Positions 31,379 to 42,794 of a DNA stretch of 64,000 nt are shown piece after piece. A model generated the notes under the pieces. It saw only the letters and a program-made list of their open reading frames with translations. It had not been told where the DNA came from and ran no database searches. The first letter of the stretch is position 1; every line of letters starts with the position of its first letter. The stretch comes from Gammaproteobacteria bacterium (GTDB lineage Bacteria; Pseudomonadota; Gammaproteobacteria; SZUA-152), in contig JAKIUF010000002.1 in assembly GCA_021647705.1 (NCBI GenBank), positions 137,295 through 201,294 of the forward strand, given 5' to 3'. Both the position numbers and the translations under genes were made by a program.

Positions 31379-31846
31379 TCAGGAACTGACTTTTGCTGCT
31401 CTTTTTTTCTTTCTCCGCTTTCTTTTTGGTTTGTTTAGCGCTTTGTCGGCAGAGGCCAAAGCTTTGGCGTAGACCGTTGCACGTTTAGATACGACCTTAA
31501 GTGCGGACAGCTCTGCAATAGCCACTGATTTTTCAGCGGTGATTTTGGCCGCTTCTTTTTTATTTACCGAAATGTCTTTCTCGATAGTTTTGAGGGCTTT
31601 TCGGTTGGTTGCACTGGAATCCTTATTCAAAGTTGCCTTGGCTGCTTTTTTCTTTTTCATCAGGGTTGCCAGCTTTTTCGCGAGGCGTTTGGATTCAGTC
31701 AGCAGTTTTTTCTTGTTTTTGGTTATATCGATAACAGCTTTCGATGTTGTCGCTGCTGCATTTGCCAAGGTGGCAATGGCATCATCTACAGATTGTAGCG
31801 ATTTGTTGCCTGATACGCTGGATCTGGTTTTCTTTTTTACGGCCAT
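31379..31846 (-). CDS. Lys/Ala-rich histone H1-like / phasin-like protein
   Basis: Low-complexity K/A-rich 155-aa protein with KKKxAAK repeats. Confidence 0.45.
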   Translation of the reverse strand: MAVKKKTRSSVSGNKSLQSVDDAIATLANAAATTSKAVIDITKNKKKLLTESKRLAKKLATLMKKKKAAKATLNKDSSATNRKALKTIEKDISVNKKEAAKITAEKSVAIAELSALKVVSKRATVYAKALASADKALNKPKRKRRKKKRAAKVSS

Positions 31847-32640
31847 GAGTAAAGTGCTCCTGTTTGATATAAAGCACGTATTTTGACATTTCTTATAATT
31901 TAATGAAAGGGAGTGTTTAATTTAATGAAAAAGAGTATTTTCGGAGGCTTACGGCGATGGTTTTTAGTTGTAAAAATTTCAAAAGAATTGGGAAAGCTTT
32001 CAACTGAAAAAATCGGTATTTAAGTGGGGCTGATCAATTTTCTATGCAGTTTTATATGATTTTTTTAGCTGACAGAGGCATTATTTTTATGATGTTGGCA
32101 AAATAGCGTAAAAAAATAAGGACTGATTTGTGATTTTGTTCATAATTTTTGTCCGTATGACTCATGCTTTGATGGGGGATGAGTTCGTTAATAGTGGATA
32201 ATTTAGGGGTTATAGAGGCGTTGGATAGGGATTATACGGATATAGAGCCGTTTTATAGAGCGCAACAGATGGATGCGATGTAAAGATAAGTTAATATCAT
32301 ATCCTTTTTTTAGGCGGGGTTATTTTTGCAATCAATTTGTAAGTTTTAGCCAGGTTAAAAATCAAAGTAGGTTTTCCGCAATAACGGGCTTTCGGTACGC
32401 TTTAGATGGACGTTATCAACTTGGCCTTTTTGTACGCTGGAAGTCATTTTTTCAAAAAAGTACCCATTAAAAATTTGGTGTATTCGTGCTACAGAACGAA
32501 TATTGATAGTGGCTCACATGCTGTATAGCCGGTATTGAATTCACAGAAAGCAGATATGACGACAGCAATAAATATTGCAAAATCAGATGGATTGAGCACC
32601 ATGGGCAGGTACTTTGTCAAAATGGCCTTGATGGTCTGTG

Positions 32641-33780
32641 CTAGGTTTCACTAAGAATGGTGATTGTCATGGTCTGATTATGCGATTCACGTTTTGTGTC
32701 GGGGGAAAATGGAGAAATTTCTCCATAGGAATAAAAGCCAGTGAGGGTGGGCTGTGCCCCGAGCATTTCCCGGATACCTTCGATTTCTTTCTTTGTTTTT
32801 TGTCTGAATGCCATTTTGCGCCTGACACAACTGATAAGAATAGCAAGTTCAGCAGAAGGTTTGTTGAGCGTTGGGGGGCTGGTTTTGGTTGCAGCTATTG
32901 TGTCATCCGCAGGCCGGTTAACATTTTCTTTTGTCAGGTGAGTATGGCTACCTTCGGGTATATTGTCAGTGAAGGTCATGCTTTGTTCATTTTCATCGGT
33001 GGTGAGGGAAGTTTTTGCCGGGCGGGCGGCTCTGTCCGCAAAGTGAATGTCCACTGGAGGTTGTGTGTTTGTAGTGGGTAGATAGGCGGCGTGCTCACCT
33101 AGGTGTGATTTATAGAGTTCCAGTGCAGATTTTCCATCCATTTCATAGCGGGTGTTACTGCTGGCGTGTGTGTCAGTATGTTCAGGCTCAAGGGAACCCC
33201 AGTTTCCCAATGAGCTAAAGCCAATTTTGAGTGCTTTGCCATATAGACCGATCAGTGTGACTACGTGGGGCTGTGCTTTGTCCTGCCACAACACCAGGGT
33301 TTCCTCAAAATGACCAGCATCTCCCGATAAACCGCCTGTAATAGTGACACCTGATGGAAGTTGTTCATTCAGTCCACTGATTAGCTCGTTGCTGTTGGTG
33401 TTAAGGCCGTCTGATAATACAAAAACATGTCGAAGTCCTTGGTGAGAAATAGTCTGAGCCAATTTTTTACCGCAGCGAAAACTGTCTTCTGGATTATTGA
33501 TTCTGGTGTGTGTTGTTTGTAGCTGGGTATGTTCAAAATGGATAGCAGTTACTGATAGTGAGCCATCCAACACGGTAGCATCAAAAATTTCACCCGCGGT
33601 AGAGCAGCCGCTGATAAGCGCATTCGGATAAGCTTTCCGAATATTAGTGATATGCCATTTGTTTTTTAGATGTTCTGTAGAGCCAAAAACCAATACCAAA
33701 TTGGCGTCAGTGGCTAAGGCCCCGGGAATTTCAGAGCTCCATCCAGTGGATTCTGTCCACTGCATTTGTTCAATTTTCAT
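32641..33780 (-). CDS. FIST-domain sensory protein
   Basis: FIST N and C domains (..AILISCVRRKMAFRQ..GFYSYGEISP) with a low-complexity insertion. Confidence 0.65.
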   Translation of the reverse strand: MKIEQMQWTESTGWSSEIPGALATDANLVLVFGSTEHLKNKWHITNIRKAYPNALISGCSTAGEIFDATVLDGSLSVTAIHFEHTQLQTTHTRINNPEDSFRCGKKLAQTISHQGLRHVFVLSDGLNTNSNELISGLNEQLPSGVTITGGLSGDAGHFEETLVLWQDKAQPHVVTLIGLYGKALKIGFSSLGNWGSLEPEHTDTHASSNTRYEMDGKSALELYKSHLGEHAAYLPTTNTQPPVDIHFADRAARPAKTSLTTDENEQSMTFTDNIPEGSHTHLTKENVNRPADDTIAATKTSPPTLNKPSAELAILISCVRRKMAFRQKTKKEIEGIREMLGAQPTLTGFYSYGEISPFSPDTKRESHNQTMTITILSET

Positions 33781-34703
33781 TCCTGGATTATTCCTTGCTA
33801 ACATAAAGTTGATAGGCTGATTCAGGTGTTGTTATTTACATGGGCGCGAAAGTTTGGGGCGTTAATATTTCTCGTTATTGTTTTTCGAAGCTTTTAGTGG
33901 GATGAATGCTCCCTGGGCTGGATTGGTAGTAGTTACTTTTTAATGGGTACGGTTACATTGCATACAGGCCGAGCCTAAGCCTAGTATTGCCAGTACATTT
34001 GCCGATTGATTCGGGTTAAATGACATATGCCATCAGAGGCACTGGCCAATATGATTCCGAGCTGACAATGCTGATGCCGCAAGTTTTCCAAAGAATAATA
34101 GTGCGTATTTGTTAGTGTTAAAGGTTTCTGCGTTTTGTGAATTCGTTAAACCGGTCAAATTATGACAATCGACCGTAAATTATTTTTTGGCGCTTAAGTA
34201 TAGCGGCAATCTACAGGTTTTTGATCGAAACTGATACTTTTCTTTTTGGTTGATCAATTGTAGCTATCAGATAAGCACACTTATTTAAAAGTGCAAGGCT
34301 CAGTCGTTCTTTTAGAGCTTGTGCGTAAAGAATATTTCACGGGGCAGGCTGTAGGCTGGGTAGTATCGTTTTGTTAAGCTGCGGGTTCCTATCGCTCGTG
34401 GGTATCTGATTGCGGAATCTGTAAATATTGCTGGAAAAGGTGACGTATTACCGCAGTATTTTGGTAGGGAGAGCCTTTATAATGTATTGAAAAAACACAA
34501 GAATTGTGGAAACATGGGGCTGTTAAATGCAATGTTTTATTTACACGCTGTGTGTCTAAATAGTAAATAGTAAATGTTTACTGTTTATTGATGCACAATA
34601 GTAGCTTGCTGGATATGCTTGGTCATATGGAAATGTCTTGTCATTAAAGGAGAGTGAAAGAACCTGATACCTACATTAACTGGAAATTTTTACACTATTT
34701 TTT

Positions 34704-36467
34704 ATGGATAAAGATACATTACCATCGAGCAAAACGAGTTTCACTGGCGCAGACCTGATTCTATATTTTCTTGAACAAATAGGTGTTGAATATATATTTG
34801 GAATACCCGGTGGTGCGATTGAACCACTGTATGACTCGCTTGCCCGAAGCTCCCGAAATAATGGCATTCGGCCGATTGTTACCCGCCATGAGGCAAGTTC
34901 TGTTTTTGCTGCTGATGGTTACACAAGGCAAACCGGAAAGCTTGGCGTCTGTTGCGCAACAACGGGCCCGGGAGCGACCAATTTAATTACGGGGGTTGCC
35001 AATGCCTATGCGAATCATGTTCCTTTATTGGTGATAACCGCACAAACAGCCCTGCCAACGTTTGGGCGGGGTGCTTTTCAAGAATCATCTGATGCGGGTA
35101 TAGATGTGGTGGGCATGTTTCAATATTGCACACGTTACAGTAGCCTCGTTTCCCATGCTGACCAGATTGAACAGAAGCTTGTCACTGCCATAATGACGGC
35201 AATGCACTCTCCAAAAGGTCCAGTACATCTCAGCATCCCAATTGATGTCTTGCGTGTAATGGCACGCCCGCCTCATGAGCATGTTGACCTCAACAAGCTG
35301 CTCAGAGCAAATGCCACTTGCGACCAAATCGCATTGCGCGAACTTTATTCAAATATTGTTAAAAATAATAAATTTGTATTGGTGTTGGGCGGAGAGTGCG
35401 GAGAAGCCATTGGTCTTATTCTGGAGCTGGCCGGATTGCTGGATGCCAGTATTGTTACCACTCCGCATGGTAAGGGACTGGTGGGTTCAAATCTTAGCTG
35501 TTACAAAGGTGTTATCGGTTTTGCAGGGCACGATAGCGCGCGAAGAGCGCTGAGCGAAGAGAATGCAGATATTGTCATTGCGATTGAAACCAATCTGAGT
35601 GAGTGGGCGAGCAGCGGTTGGAGTGAGGATTATCTCCTTAACAAGCGTTTAATACACATAGACTCGACAGAAGAGAATATGACCCGATCTCCGATGGCAA
35701 AACTACATGTTCGGGGAAATATTCTGGCCATCTTTGAGCAATTGCTAGAGCTGATCAGAAGCAACAAGCCTACATTAAATGTGCCTAAAAATATTAGTAC
35801 GCCTTCTGGTCTGCACGCAACACTGACGCCTGAAGAGCAGGAGCTTATGCGTTCTGATGCGGTACCTATTAAGCCTCAACGCTTAATGTACGAGTTAAAT
35901 CAATTGTTCCCATCGAATACCCGCTTCTTCGCGGATACGGGAAACAGTGTTGCGTGGGCGATACACTATCTTCAGCCGACAGACCGACGGAGTGTCAGGC
36001 GGCGAGGCATTAATGCCGGATTGTTTCGGAGTAGTATCGAGTTTTCATCAATGGGCTGGGCAATCGGTTCATCCGTAGGAGCTGCATTAGGGTATCAGGA
36101 TGGCCCCGTCGTCTGTATTACCGGTGATGGCAGCTTTATGATGCATGGACAGGAATTAAGTGTTGCTGTTGGTGAAAAACTTTCCATTATTTTTGTCATC
36201 CTGAATGATGAAGCTTTAGGTATGGTCAAGCATGGGCAGCGACTGAACAACGCTGAGTCAATCGCCTTCGAGCTTCCGCCGACAGATTTTTGTGCGATAG
36301 CCAAGGCGATGGGCGCGCGAGGATATATTGTCAGGTCTTCAGATGATCTGCAAAAGCTGGATTTTGACCGTTTGATTTCAGGTGGCCCTGTCGTACTTGA
36401 TGTGAGAATCGATGGAGAAGAAATACCGCCAATGGGTGTGCGGATTCAGGGGTTGGCAGTGGAATAA
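34704..36467 (+). CDS. Thiamine-pyrophosphate enzyme of the acetolactate synthase large-subunit family
   Basis: N-terminal TPP Pyr domain (GIPGGAIEPLYD), central domain, C-terminal TPP-binding GDGSFMM motif. Confidence 0.75.
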   Translation: MDKDTLPSSKTSFTGADLILYFLEQIGVEYIFGIPGGAIEPLYDSLARSSRNNGIRPIVTRHEASSVFAADGYTRQTGKLGVCCATTGPGATNLITGVANAYANHVPLLVITAQTALPTFGRGAFQESSDAGIDVVGMFQYCTRYSSLVSHADQIEQKLVTAIMTAMHSPKGPVHLSIPIDVLRVMARPPHEHVDLNKLLRANATCDQIALRELYSNIVKNNKFVLVLGGECGEAIGLILELAGLLDASIVTTPHGKGLVGSNLSCYKGVIGFAGHDSARRALSEENADIVIAIETNLSEWASSGWSEDYLLNKRLIHIDSTEENMTRSPMAKLHVRGNILAIFEQLLELIRSNKPTLNVPKNISTPSGLHATLTPEEQELMRSDAVPIKPQRLMYELNQLFPSNTRFFADTGNSVAWAIHYLQPTDRRSVRRRGINAGLFRSSIEFSSMGWAIGSSVGAALGYQDGPVVCITGDGSFMMHGQELSVAVGEKLSIIFVILNDEALGMVKHGQRLNNAESIAFELPPTDFCAIAKAMGARGYIVRSSDDLQKLDFDRLISGGPVVLDVRIDGEEIPPMGVRIQGLAVE

Positions 36468-36600
36468 TGGATGACCACCGATGGCATTAAGAAATGGATG
36501 CGTATTTTTATCGGTTAAGTAAGCATTGGACAGCCAGCGCCCGTGGCGAGTCGAATGAGGTTTAGACATTCAGTTTGTAGCGCAGATGTGAAAATAAAAA

Positions 36601-36690
36601 AACAGAGTGTCTGTTACACAGAGTTCGCCGCGGCACAGCACTTTTTGTGTTTTTCTCTGTGTCTCTTTGGCCTCTGCGTTCACAAGTAGC
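36601..36690. repeat. REP-like palindromic repeat, partial copy C
   Basis: tttttgtgtttttctctgtgtctctttggcctctgcgtt resembles the 3' half of copies B and D. Confidence 0.4.
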
Positions 36691-36725
36691 AGCCTACTAC
36701 TTGACCAAGTAGGCTTAACTTATCT

Positions 36726-37322
36726 TTAATGACGGCTGTTCCGTGTCAGTACATCCATTGCCGCATTAATGGCTTGTAAGCGTTGTTTGTTGCCGCCACG
36801 ATCGGGGTGATGCTCTATGACCAGTCGTCGATGTCGGGTTTTAATGGTCGTCCAATCAACGGGGTCGTTTAACCCCAATTCTTCCAGTGCATTGTGTCGC
36901 TCATCATTGCGTACAAAGCGCTGCCAGAATTTTCCCAACAATAACTCAACATCATTGGCATCGGTGTTATTCAGGTTATCAATGTTCAGATAATAGTCAC
37001 GTAGTGGGTTGTGTGCGGATACTGTGGGGTAGGACGCGGTGTTGCCAGATAGCAGCTGTATACGCAATGGGCCGATTTCAAGGTAAATGTCGTCGTTGCG
37101 CCACAGTTGGTCGTGCAATTGGTAGAGGTTGTGAAAAAGAAAAAAATGCGTTTGAAATAATGACAGACTGTCTCGCAGGCAGTTAGCATCAAAATGAGGT
37201 TCGCCAACAGAGTCTAATGTGCGAATCAGTTCGTACTCACTGATCCCGGCAGGGTGAGCACGCAACACCTCCAGCAGCCGTTGTAAAAATAACTGCTGCG
37301 TTGAGGAGGTGTTAGCGTTCAT
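36726..37322 (-). CDS. C-terminal J-domain (DnaJ-like) protein
   Basis: HPD motif in ..VIEHHPDRGGNKQRLQAINAAMDVL at the C-terminus. Confidence 0.6.
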   Translation of the reverse strand: MNANTSSTQQLFLQRLLEVLRAHPAGISEYELIRTLDSVGEPHFDANCLRDSLSLFQTHFFLFHNLYQLHDQLWRNDDIYLEIGPLRIQLLSGNTASYPTVSAHNPLRDYYLNIDNLNNTDANDVELLLGKFWQRFVRNDERHNALEELGLNDPVDWTTIKTRHRRLVIEHHPDRGGNKQRLQAINAAMDVLTRNSRH

Positions 37323-37383
37323 GCTGGTGGCATATAACGTTTTAGCCCTGGCAATGTGCTCGATATTTCACGAATGGTTCAGG

Positions 37384-38061
37384 CTAGTTGACCTTGATCA
37401 GTTCGATTTCAAAAATTAATGCTTCGTTGGGGCCGATGACGCCGCCAGAGCCGCGTTCGCCATAGGCTAGCTCGGCAGGAATAAACACCTGCCATTTATC
37501 ACCTTCATGCATCAGTGGCAGTACTTCTTTCCAGCCAGGGATAACTTGACCAACGTTAAATGTGGCTGGTTGGTTCCGACTATAAGAGCTGTCGAATTCA
37601 GTGCCATCAATCAGGGTACCTTTATAGTGGGCAGTAATCGATGAATCGACGGTGGGTTGCTTGCCTTTACCCATGCTGATGACTTTGTATTGCAGCCCGC
37701 TGTCGCGCGTAATGATATCTTTTTTCTTTTTGTTGGCGGCAAGATAGGCCTCGCCAGCAGTCTTGGCTTTTTCGCCACTGGCGGCGCGTGCAGCCAGCAT
37801 TTTTTGCTGCGCTAATTCCATGGTGGCGCGCATTTCGTCGGCGCTTAGTTGTGGTGTTTTATCAGCCAATACGTCGTTGATAGCTTGTGACATAGCGTTG
37901 GTATCAATTTCCAGGCTGTCACGTTTAAATCCCTGGCCTATCTGGAAGCCAATGGCATAGCTGAATTTTTCTTTGTCGGTGTCAAGTTTTGCTGCACTGA
38001 TGGCAGTGCTGTGCAAAGCAATGATGGCGGCGAGGCCGCTGAGTAATAATGGGTTTTTCAC
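37384..38061 (-). CDS. fkpA: FKBP-type peptidyl-prolyl cis-trans isomerase, periplasmic (FkpA/FklB-like)
   Basis: Signal peptide, dimerisation domain, FKBP C-terminal domain (..ALIFEIELIKVN). Confidence 0.85.
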   Translation of the reverse strand: MKNPLLLSGLAAIIALHSTAISAAKLDTDKEKFSYAIGFQIGQGFKRDSLEIDTNAMSQAINDVLADKTPQLSADEMRATMELAQQKMLAARAASGEKAKTAGEAYLAANKKKKDIITRDSGLQYKVISMGKGKQPTVDSSITAHYKGTLIDGTEFDSSYSRNQPATFNVGQVIPGWKEVLPLMHEGDKWQVFIPAELAYGERGSGGVIGPNEALIFEIELIKVN

Positions 38062-38115
38062 ATTGTTTCCTTGTTTGTTAAGGTTTCAGAGTAGGTAGAT
38101 AATAATGCAATATTG

Positions 38116-38922
38116 TTACAGATATTGAGCCCAGTCAAAATCAGGGTCGCCAATCACCAGAAAATAAGGGTTCAATAGCTCATCCTTAGTATTGTACCGC
38201 AGAGGTTGCATATCGGTCTTGGTAATACGTCCACCCGCTTCTTCCACGATGCATTGTGCGGCAGCGGTGTCCCATTCCGAAGTAGGCCCCAGGCGCGGAT
38301 AGATGTCGGCGTGACCTTCAGCCACCAGGCAGGATTTCAGTGAACTACCCATGCTGATTACTTCGTGATTGCCGACTTTTTGCAGAAAAGCTTCCAGCGA
38401 ACTGCCTCGGTGTGAACGACTGCCAGTAATAACAGTGTTGTTGGCTGTTTTGCGCCGAGTGTGAATGGCGATGGTTTTGTTTCCGTTATTACTCATGCCT
38501 CTCCGGGTTTTCTTGAAAGCGCCCATGCCGCGTGCAGCATAATAGGTAGCGCCGGTAACAGGAGCATAAACAACACCGAGCACTGATTCGTGATTATCGA
38601 TCAGTGCGATGTTAACGGTAAATTCGCCGTTACGTTTAACAAATTCACGAGTGCCATCCAGAGGATCCACTAGCCAGTAGCGTTGCCATTGGGAGCGTTT
38701 TTCAAAGGGAATAGTGGCAGATTCTTCCGAAAGAACAGGGATGTCCGGGGTAAGCTGGCCAAGGCCCTCGATAATAATATGGTGGGCGGCCATGTCAGCG
38801 GCAGTGAGGGGGGTGTTGTCGGATTTTTGTTCGACACCAAAATCAGTATTATAAATTTCCAGGATGCGGTGTCCCGCTACAATAGCCAGCTCGATAATGT
38901 CGTCGATTAATTCACTGCTCAC
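38116..38922 (-). CDS. cysQ: 3'(2'),5'-bisphosphate nucleotidase
   Basis: Inositol-monophosphatase-family motifs (WLVDPLDGT, metal-binding residues). Confidence 0.85.
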   Translation of the reverse strand: MSSELIDDIIELAIVAGHRILEIYNTDFGVEQKSDNTPLTAADMAAHHIIIEGLGQLTPDIPVLSEESATIPFEKRSQWQRYWLVDPLDGTREFVKRNGEFTVNIALIDNHESVLGVVYAPVTGATYYAARGMGAFKKTRRGMSNNGNKTIAIHTRRKTANNTVITGSRSHRGSSLEAFLQKVGNHEVISMGSSLKSCLVAEGHADIYPRLGPTSEWDTAAAQCIVEEAGGRITKTDMQPLRYNTKDELLNPYFLVIGDPDFDWAQYL

Positions 38923-38964
38923 AATATGCTCCCTTGCCGCTACGGAAATAAGAGTGGAGTCATG

Positions 38965-39546
38965 TTACGCGGTTCGCGCTGCCAAGTGTGCTTGCACCAT
39001 AAATAAAGCAGCAATACTGCGTGCTTCTGTGCATTCTTTTTGGTTTAACAGTTCGGGCAGAGCATCCATTCGCCAGGGTACTACGTCTATTTTTTCAGGT
39101 TCGTCCCCATCATGCCGCTCTTCGTAAAGGTCTTCTGCCAGCACGATATGTGTTTCATGGCTGAGGTATCCCGGTGCAACCGTCAGGCTGGTGAAGTGCT
39201 GAAGTTTACGGGCACCGTAGCCGATTTCCTCCATGATTTCACGATTTGCAGCATTAAGAAGGGGTTCGTTGGCCTCGATGCGTCCTTTGGGCAGAGCGAG
39301 TTCGTAGCGATGAACGCCCGTGGCGTATTCGCGAATCAGTAATACCGTATTTTTATCGAGCATGGGAACAATCAGTACAGCACCATGCTCAGAGCCAATC
39401 AATCGTTCATGGCTGACTTCAGTGCCATTGGAAAAACGCAGATCGCGTCGTTCAATCCGAAAGATGTTGGTGCGCGCAATAATTTCTGAGTGCAGCACTT
39501 CCGGTTTGGTGCGTAGCGGTTTCTTTTGAAGGGGTTTTTCACTCAT
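38965..39546 (-). CDS. NUDIX hydrolase (ADP-ribose/ADP-sugar pyrophosphatase-like)
   Basis: Nudix box GRIEANEPLLNAANREIMEEIGY. Confidence 0.75.
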   Translation of the reverse strand: MSEKPLQKKPLRTKPEVLHSEIIARTNIFRIERRDLRFSNGTEVSHERLIGSEHGAVLIVPMLDKNTVLLIREYATGVHRYELALPKGRIEANEPLLNAANREIMEEIGYGARKLQHFTSLTVAPGYLSHETHIVLAEDLYEERHDGDEPEKIDVVPWRMDALPELLNQKECTEARSIAALFMVQAHLAARTA

Positions 39547-40024
39547 GGTGAGCCCTTTCCCATTTTTGAGGTGCGTGTTGGCTGATATACCTGTAGCGAC
39601 TGATTGTACGCTCTCTACCATTCTATAGCGATGTAGAATTTCTTGCGGAAAGCAGGCTATTGCACATCATTCTGCTTGACTAAGGGTGCTGGTTTTCACC
39701 TAAAAACACCTACTTTTGGTGGTGCTGTGGAGTGAATGTGATACACACTTAATGCTTGAATTTCAGTTGCTATAGGTATAGGTGCATGCTAAATGAGCAT
39801 CAATTTATTTCATGTTGGTGCCATAGTAGCTGTTGAATAGTGTGATAGCACGAAAAAAAACTGAAAAATGTTTTTGTGACGTTGCTTAAAATGCCAAAAG
39901 AGTCTATAAAACAGGGCAAATCGATGAAGGTCGGTTTGTTAACAGTATTGCTCGGCCGTAAACCGGATTCTGTTCATCAAAAAATTAATCATACTCAAGT
40001 AATTACCCAACCGGGAGAGTGAAA

Positions 40025-40417
40025 ATGGTAAAGAAGAAAGCAGTAAAGAAAAAAGCGACGAAAAAGAAAGCCGCAAAAAAAGCAGCACCAGCAAAGCGCG
40101 TGGCTGCGATTAAAGAGCCGATGACAAAAACAGCATTGTTCGCCAATATTGCGGATACCACCGAACTTTCCAAAAAAGATGTCGTAAAGGTGTTTGAGGC
40201 TTTGTCAGATATCATCAATGGCCACATCAAAAAGAATGCCGTTGGTACATTTACTCTACCCGGTCTCCTTAAGATAAAAACTGTGCGCAAGCCTGCGACC
40301 AAAAAACGCAAAGGTGTTAATCCATTCACTGGTGAAGATACTATCTTCAAAGCCAAGCCAGCACGTACCGTGGTTAAGGTTTTGCCGTTGAAAAAGATGA
40401 AAGATATGACCAGCTAA
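40025..40417 (+). CDS. HU/IHF-family DNA-binding protein with Lys/Ala-rich histone-H1-like N-terminal tail
   Basis: KKKAVKKKATKKKAAKKAAPAKR tail fused to an HU fold (..FTLPGLLKIKTVRKPA..NPFTGE); possible GTG start at 40019. Confidence 0.7.
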   Translation: MVKKKAVKKKATKKKAAKKAAPAKRVAAIKEPMTKTALFANIADTTELSKKDVVKVFEALSDIINGHIKKNAVGTFTLPGLLKIKTVRKPATKKRKGVNPFTGEDTIFKAKPARTVVKVLPLKKMKDMTS

Positions 40418-40451
40418 ACGTATTTTTCATTCTTGTTGGAAGAATGCTAAA

Positions 40452-40487
40452 AGTGGGGGCCATCGGCCCCCACTTTTTTTGCCTAGC
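40452..40487 (+). terminator. Rho-independent terminator after the HU-like gene
   Basis: AAGTGGGGGCCATCGGCCCCCACTT plus T7. Confidence 0.7.
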
Positions 40488-40672
40488 AATTGGCCGGTGG
40501 TTTTTAGAAACATGCGCAAAATAGCCTCCCTGTTTGGCGCTCGAATTTAGCGTGCATTCACTCGCTCTGATTGAACAAAAGTGCAGAAATAGCCGTTCTA
40601 TTTCGAACTTTTGTGATTGAGTAATGGACGAAGATGAGACACCAAACAGAGAAGTTATTTCATGCGTATTCC

Positions 40673-41713
40673 TTAGGCAGGGGTTAACGTATCAATGGGC
40701 CAGCGGGGTTGTGCGCCAAAGTGTTTACCTTGCTTCTGTCCTGTTGCCAGCCGCAATGAGCCGGCGAAGGCGATCATCGCACCGTTATCAGTACAGAACG
40801 CAGGGCGGGGATAAAAAGTTTCAAAGCCTTCTTTTTCCGCAAGCTGGGAAAGTCGTTCCCGCAAGGTGTGATTGGCACTGACACCGCCGGCGATAACTAG
40901 CCGTTTGAATCCTGTCTGTTGCAGCGCACGTTTGCATTTGATGGCAAAGGTATCTGCTACGGCATCTTCAAAGGCGCGAGCGATGTCGGCGCGAGTTTGC
41001 TGCGGGCTTATGTTGTCCGCAGTGTTGTCGCGTAATGTGGTGATGGCAAAGGTCTTGAGTCCACTGAAGCTGAAGTCGAGTCCGGGGCGGTTGGTCATGG
41101 GTCGTGGAAAATGGAAGCGCTTCGGGTTGCCTTGTTTTGCCAGCTTCGCTAGTGCAGGGCCGCCAGGGTAATCCAGTCCCAGCAGTTTGGCCGTCTTGTC
41201 GAAGGCTTCCCCGGCAGCATCGTCGAGGGTTTCTCCGAGAATGGTGTACTGTCCCACGCCGTTTACTTCTACCAGTAAAGTGTGTCCACCGGAAACTAAT
41301 AAGGCGACAAAGGGAAATGTTGGTGGATTTTCTTCTAGTAGTGGAGCCAGCAGGTGCCCCTCCATGTGATGCACTGCCACCGCTGGTATGTCCCAGGCCC
41401 AAGCTAGGCTGCGACCAATGCTAGTGCCGACTAATAGTGCGCCCACGAGCCCTGGTCCAGCGGTATAAGCGACACCCGTGATGTCTTGTTTGGTGCAGCT
41501 CGCGTCGTTGAGCACCTGTTGAATTAATGGCAGGGTCTTACGCACATGGTCGCGAGAGGCCAGCTCCGGCACCACGCCGCCGTAATCCGCATGCAGCTCG
41601 ACCTGGCTATAAAGCGCATCGGCGAGCAGCCCATGTTCGTTATGGTAAAGCGCGATGCCGGTTTCGTCACAGGAAGTTTCGATGCCTAAAGTCAGGGATG
41701 GGGTTCGATAAGA
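40673..41713 (-). CDS. tsaD: tRNA N6-adenosine threonylcarbamoyltransferase
   Basis: Kae1/TsaD motifs ([16 protein letters not shown]); the listed ORF extends spuriously upstream; true start probably non-ATG near 41713. Confidence 0.85.
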   Translation of the reverse strand, partial: SYRTPSLTLGIETSCDETGIALYHNEHGLLADALYSQVELHADYGGVVPELASRDHVRKTLPLIQQVLNDASCTKQDITGVAYTAGPGLVGALLVGTSIGRSLAWAWDIPAVAVHHMEGHLLAPLLEENPPTFPFVALLVSGGHTLLVEVNGVGQYTILGETLDDAAGEAFDKTAKLLGLDYPGGPALAKLAKQGNPKRFHFPRPMTNRPGLDFSFSGLKTFAITTLRDNTADNISPQQTRADIARAFEDAVADTFAIKCKRALQQTGFKRLVIAGGVSANHTLRERLSQLAEKEGFETFYPRPAFCTDNGAMIAFAGSLRLATGQKQGKHFGAQPRWPIDTLTPA

Positions 41714-41886
41714 CACTTTTCTGTACTCTATGGGGAGTTTTTGGGCGGATACTTTGCAATTGTGTGTGTAAATGACTAGAATTCCCGGCTCGCTGCGTTG
41801 GCTGGGTCTTCGTGTCCTGTGGCATCGCAAAGTTAAAGAGAGAATGTATCGCAAAGTATGTTTACTGTAAAAGGATTGGAAAACCA

Positions 41887-42102
41887 ATGCCGAATGTTCG
41901 TGTAAGAGAAAATGAGCCCTTTGATATCGCGCTGCGTCGTTTCAAGCGCTCTTGTGAAAAAGCCGGGGTGCTCACTGAAGTGCGTCGTCGTGAATTTTAC
42001 GAAAAGCCCACCCAGGCTCGTCAACGTAAAATGGCTGCTGCGGTTAAGCGCCAACTGAAAAAGACTTCCCGGGATATCACGCGCCGCAAGCGTCTCTACT
42101 GA
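41887..42102 (+). CDS. rpsU: 30S ribosomal protein S21
   Basis: [28 protein letters not shown].. S21 signature. Confidence 0.95.
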   Translation: MPNVRVRENEPFDIALRRFKRSCEKAGVLTEVRRREFYEKPTQARQRKMAAAVKRQLKKTSRDITRRKRLY

Positions 42103-42183
42103 TTTCCGATGTTGACTCTCTGCTGATTACAGCAGAGGGTGAAGATTTCCTTATCTGTTTTTTTCCACTGCTCAGGTGATCTC

Positions 42184-42639
42184 ATGACTGATTCAGCACT
42201 CAAGCAAAGATTGACTGAAGACATGAAAGCCGCGATGCGCAGCAAAGACAAACCGCGCTTGGGCGTGGTGCGCTTGGTGCTGGCTGCGATTAAGCAACGC
42301 GAAGTTGATGAGCGTATCGACCTGGATGATGCGCAGGTGCTGGCAGTGCTGGATAAAATGGTTAAACAGCGTCGTGACTCGGTAAAGCAGTTTGAAGATG
42401 CCGGGCGTCAGGAGCTGGCTGACCAGGAAAGCTATGAGATCAACGTCTTGCAGGAATATCTGCCCGCTGCGCTGAGCGAAGCCGAACTTGACGTGTTGAT
42501 TGCTGCTGCTATCGACAATGCCGGTGCAGGATCCATGAAAGACATGGGTAAGGTAATGGCAGTGTTGAAGCCCCAGGTACAGGGGCGAGCGGATATGGGT
42601 GCGGTTAGCCAGAAAATTAAACAGCGATTGGCCGACTAG
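42184..42639 (+). CDS. yqeY: GatB/YqeY-domain protein
   Basis: YqeY fold; conserved rpsU-yqeY-dnaG-rpoD arrangement. Confidence 0.8.
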   Translation: MTDSALKQRLTEDMKAAMRSKDKPRLGVVRLVLAAIKQREVDERIDLDDAQVLAVLDKMVKQRRDSVKQFEDAGRQELADQESYEINVLQEYLPAALSEAELDVLIAAAIDNAGAGSMKDMGKVMAVLKPQVQGRADMGAVSQKIKQRLAD

Positions 42640-42794
42640 CACAAAGCAATAGAGAGTAGTCTTCGGGTGCAAAGACCCAATGGCTAAAAAAATCCGGATT
42701 CTGGATGCTCACTCCCGATTACCTCCGTCTGTTCACACAAAGTTTTCGGACTTATCATGCTGTCCCGAAAGTCCGGGCGTTATAGAATCCTCCC

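Noticed and set aside
40673-41887. Long 404-aa version of tsaD
   Set aside because: The N-terminal 60 aa are an upstream read-through overlapping the rpsU promoter region. TsaD homology starts at ..LGIETSCDE, so the shorter gene is annotated.
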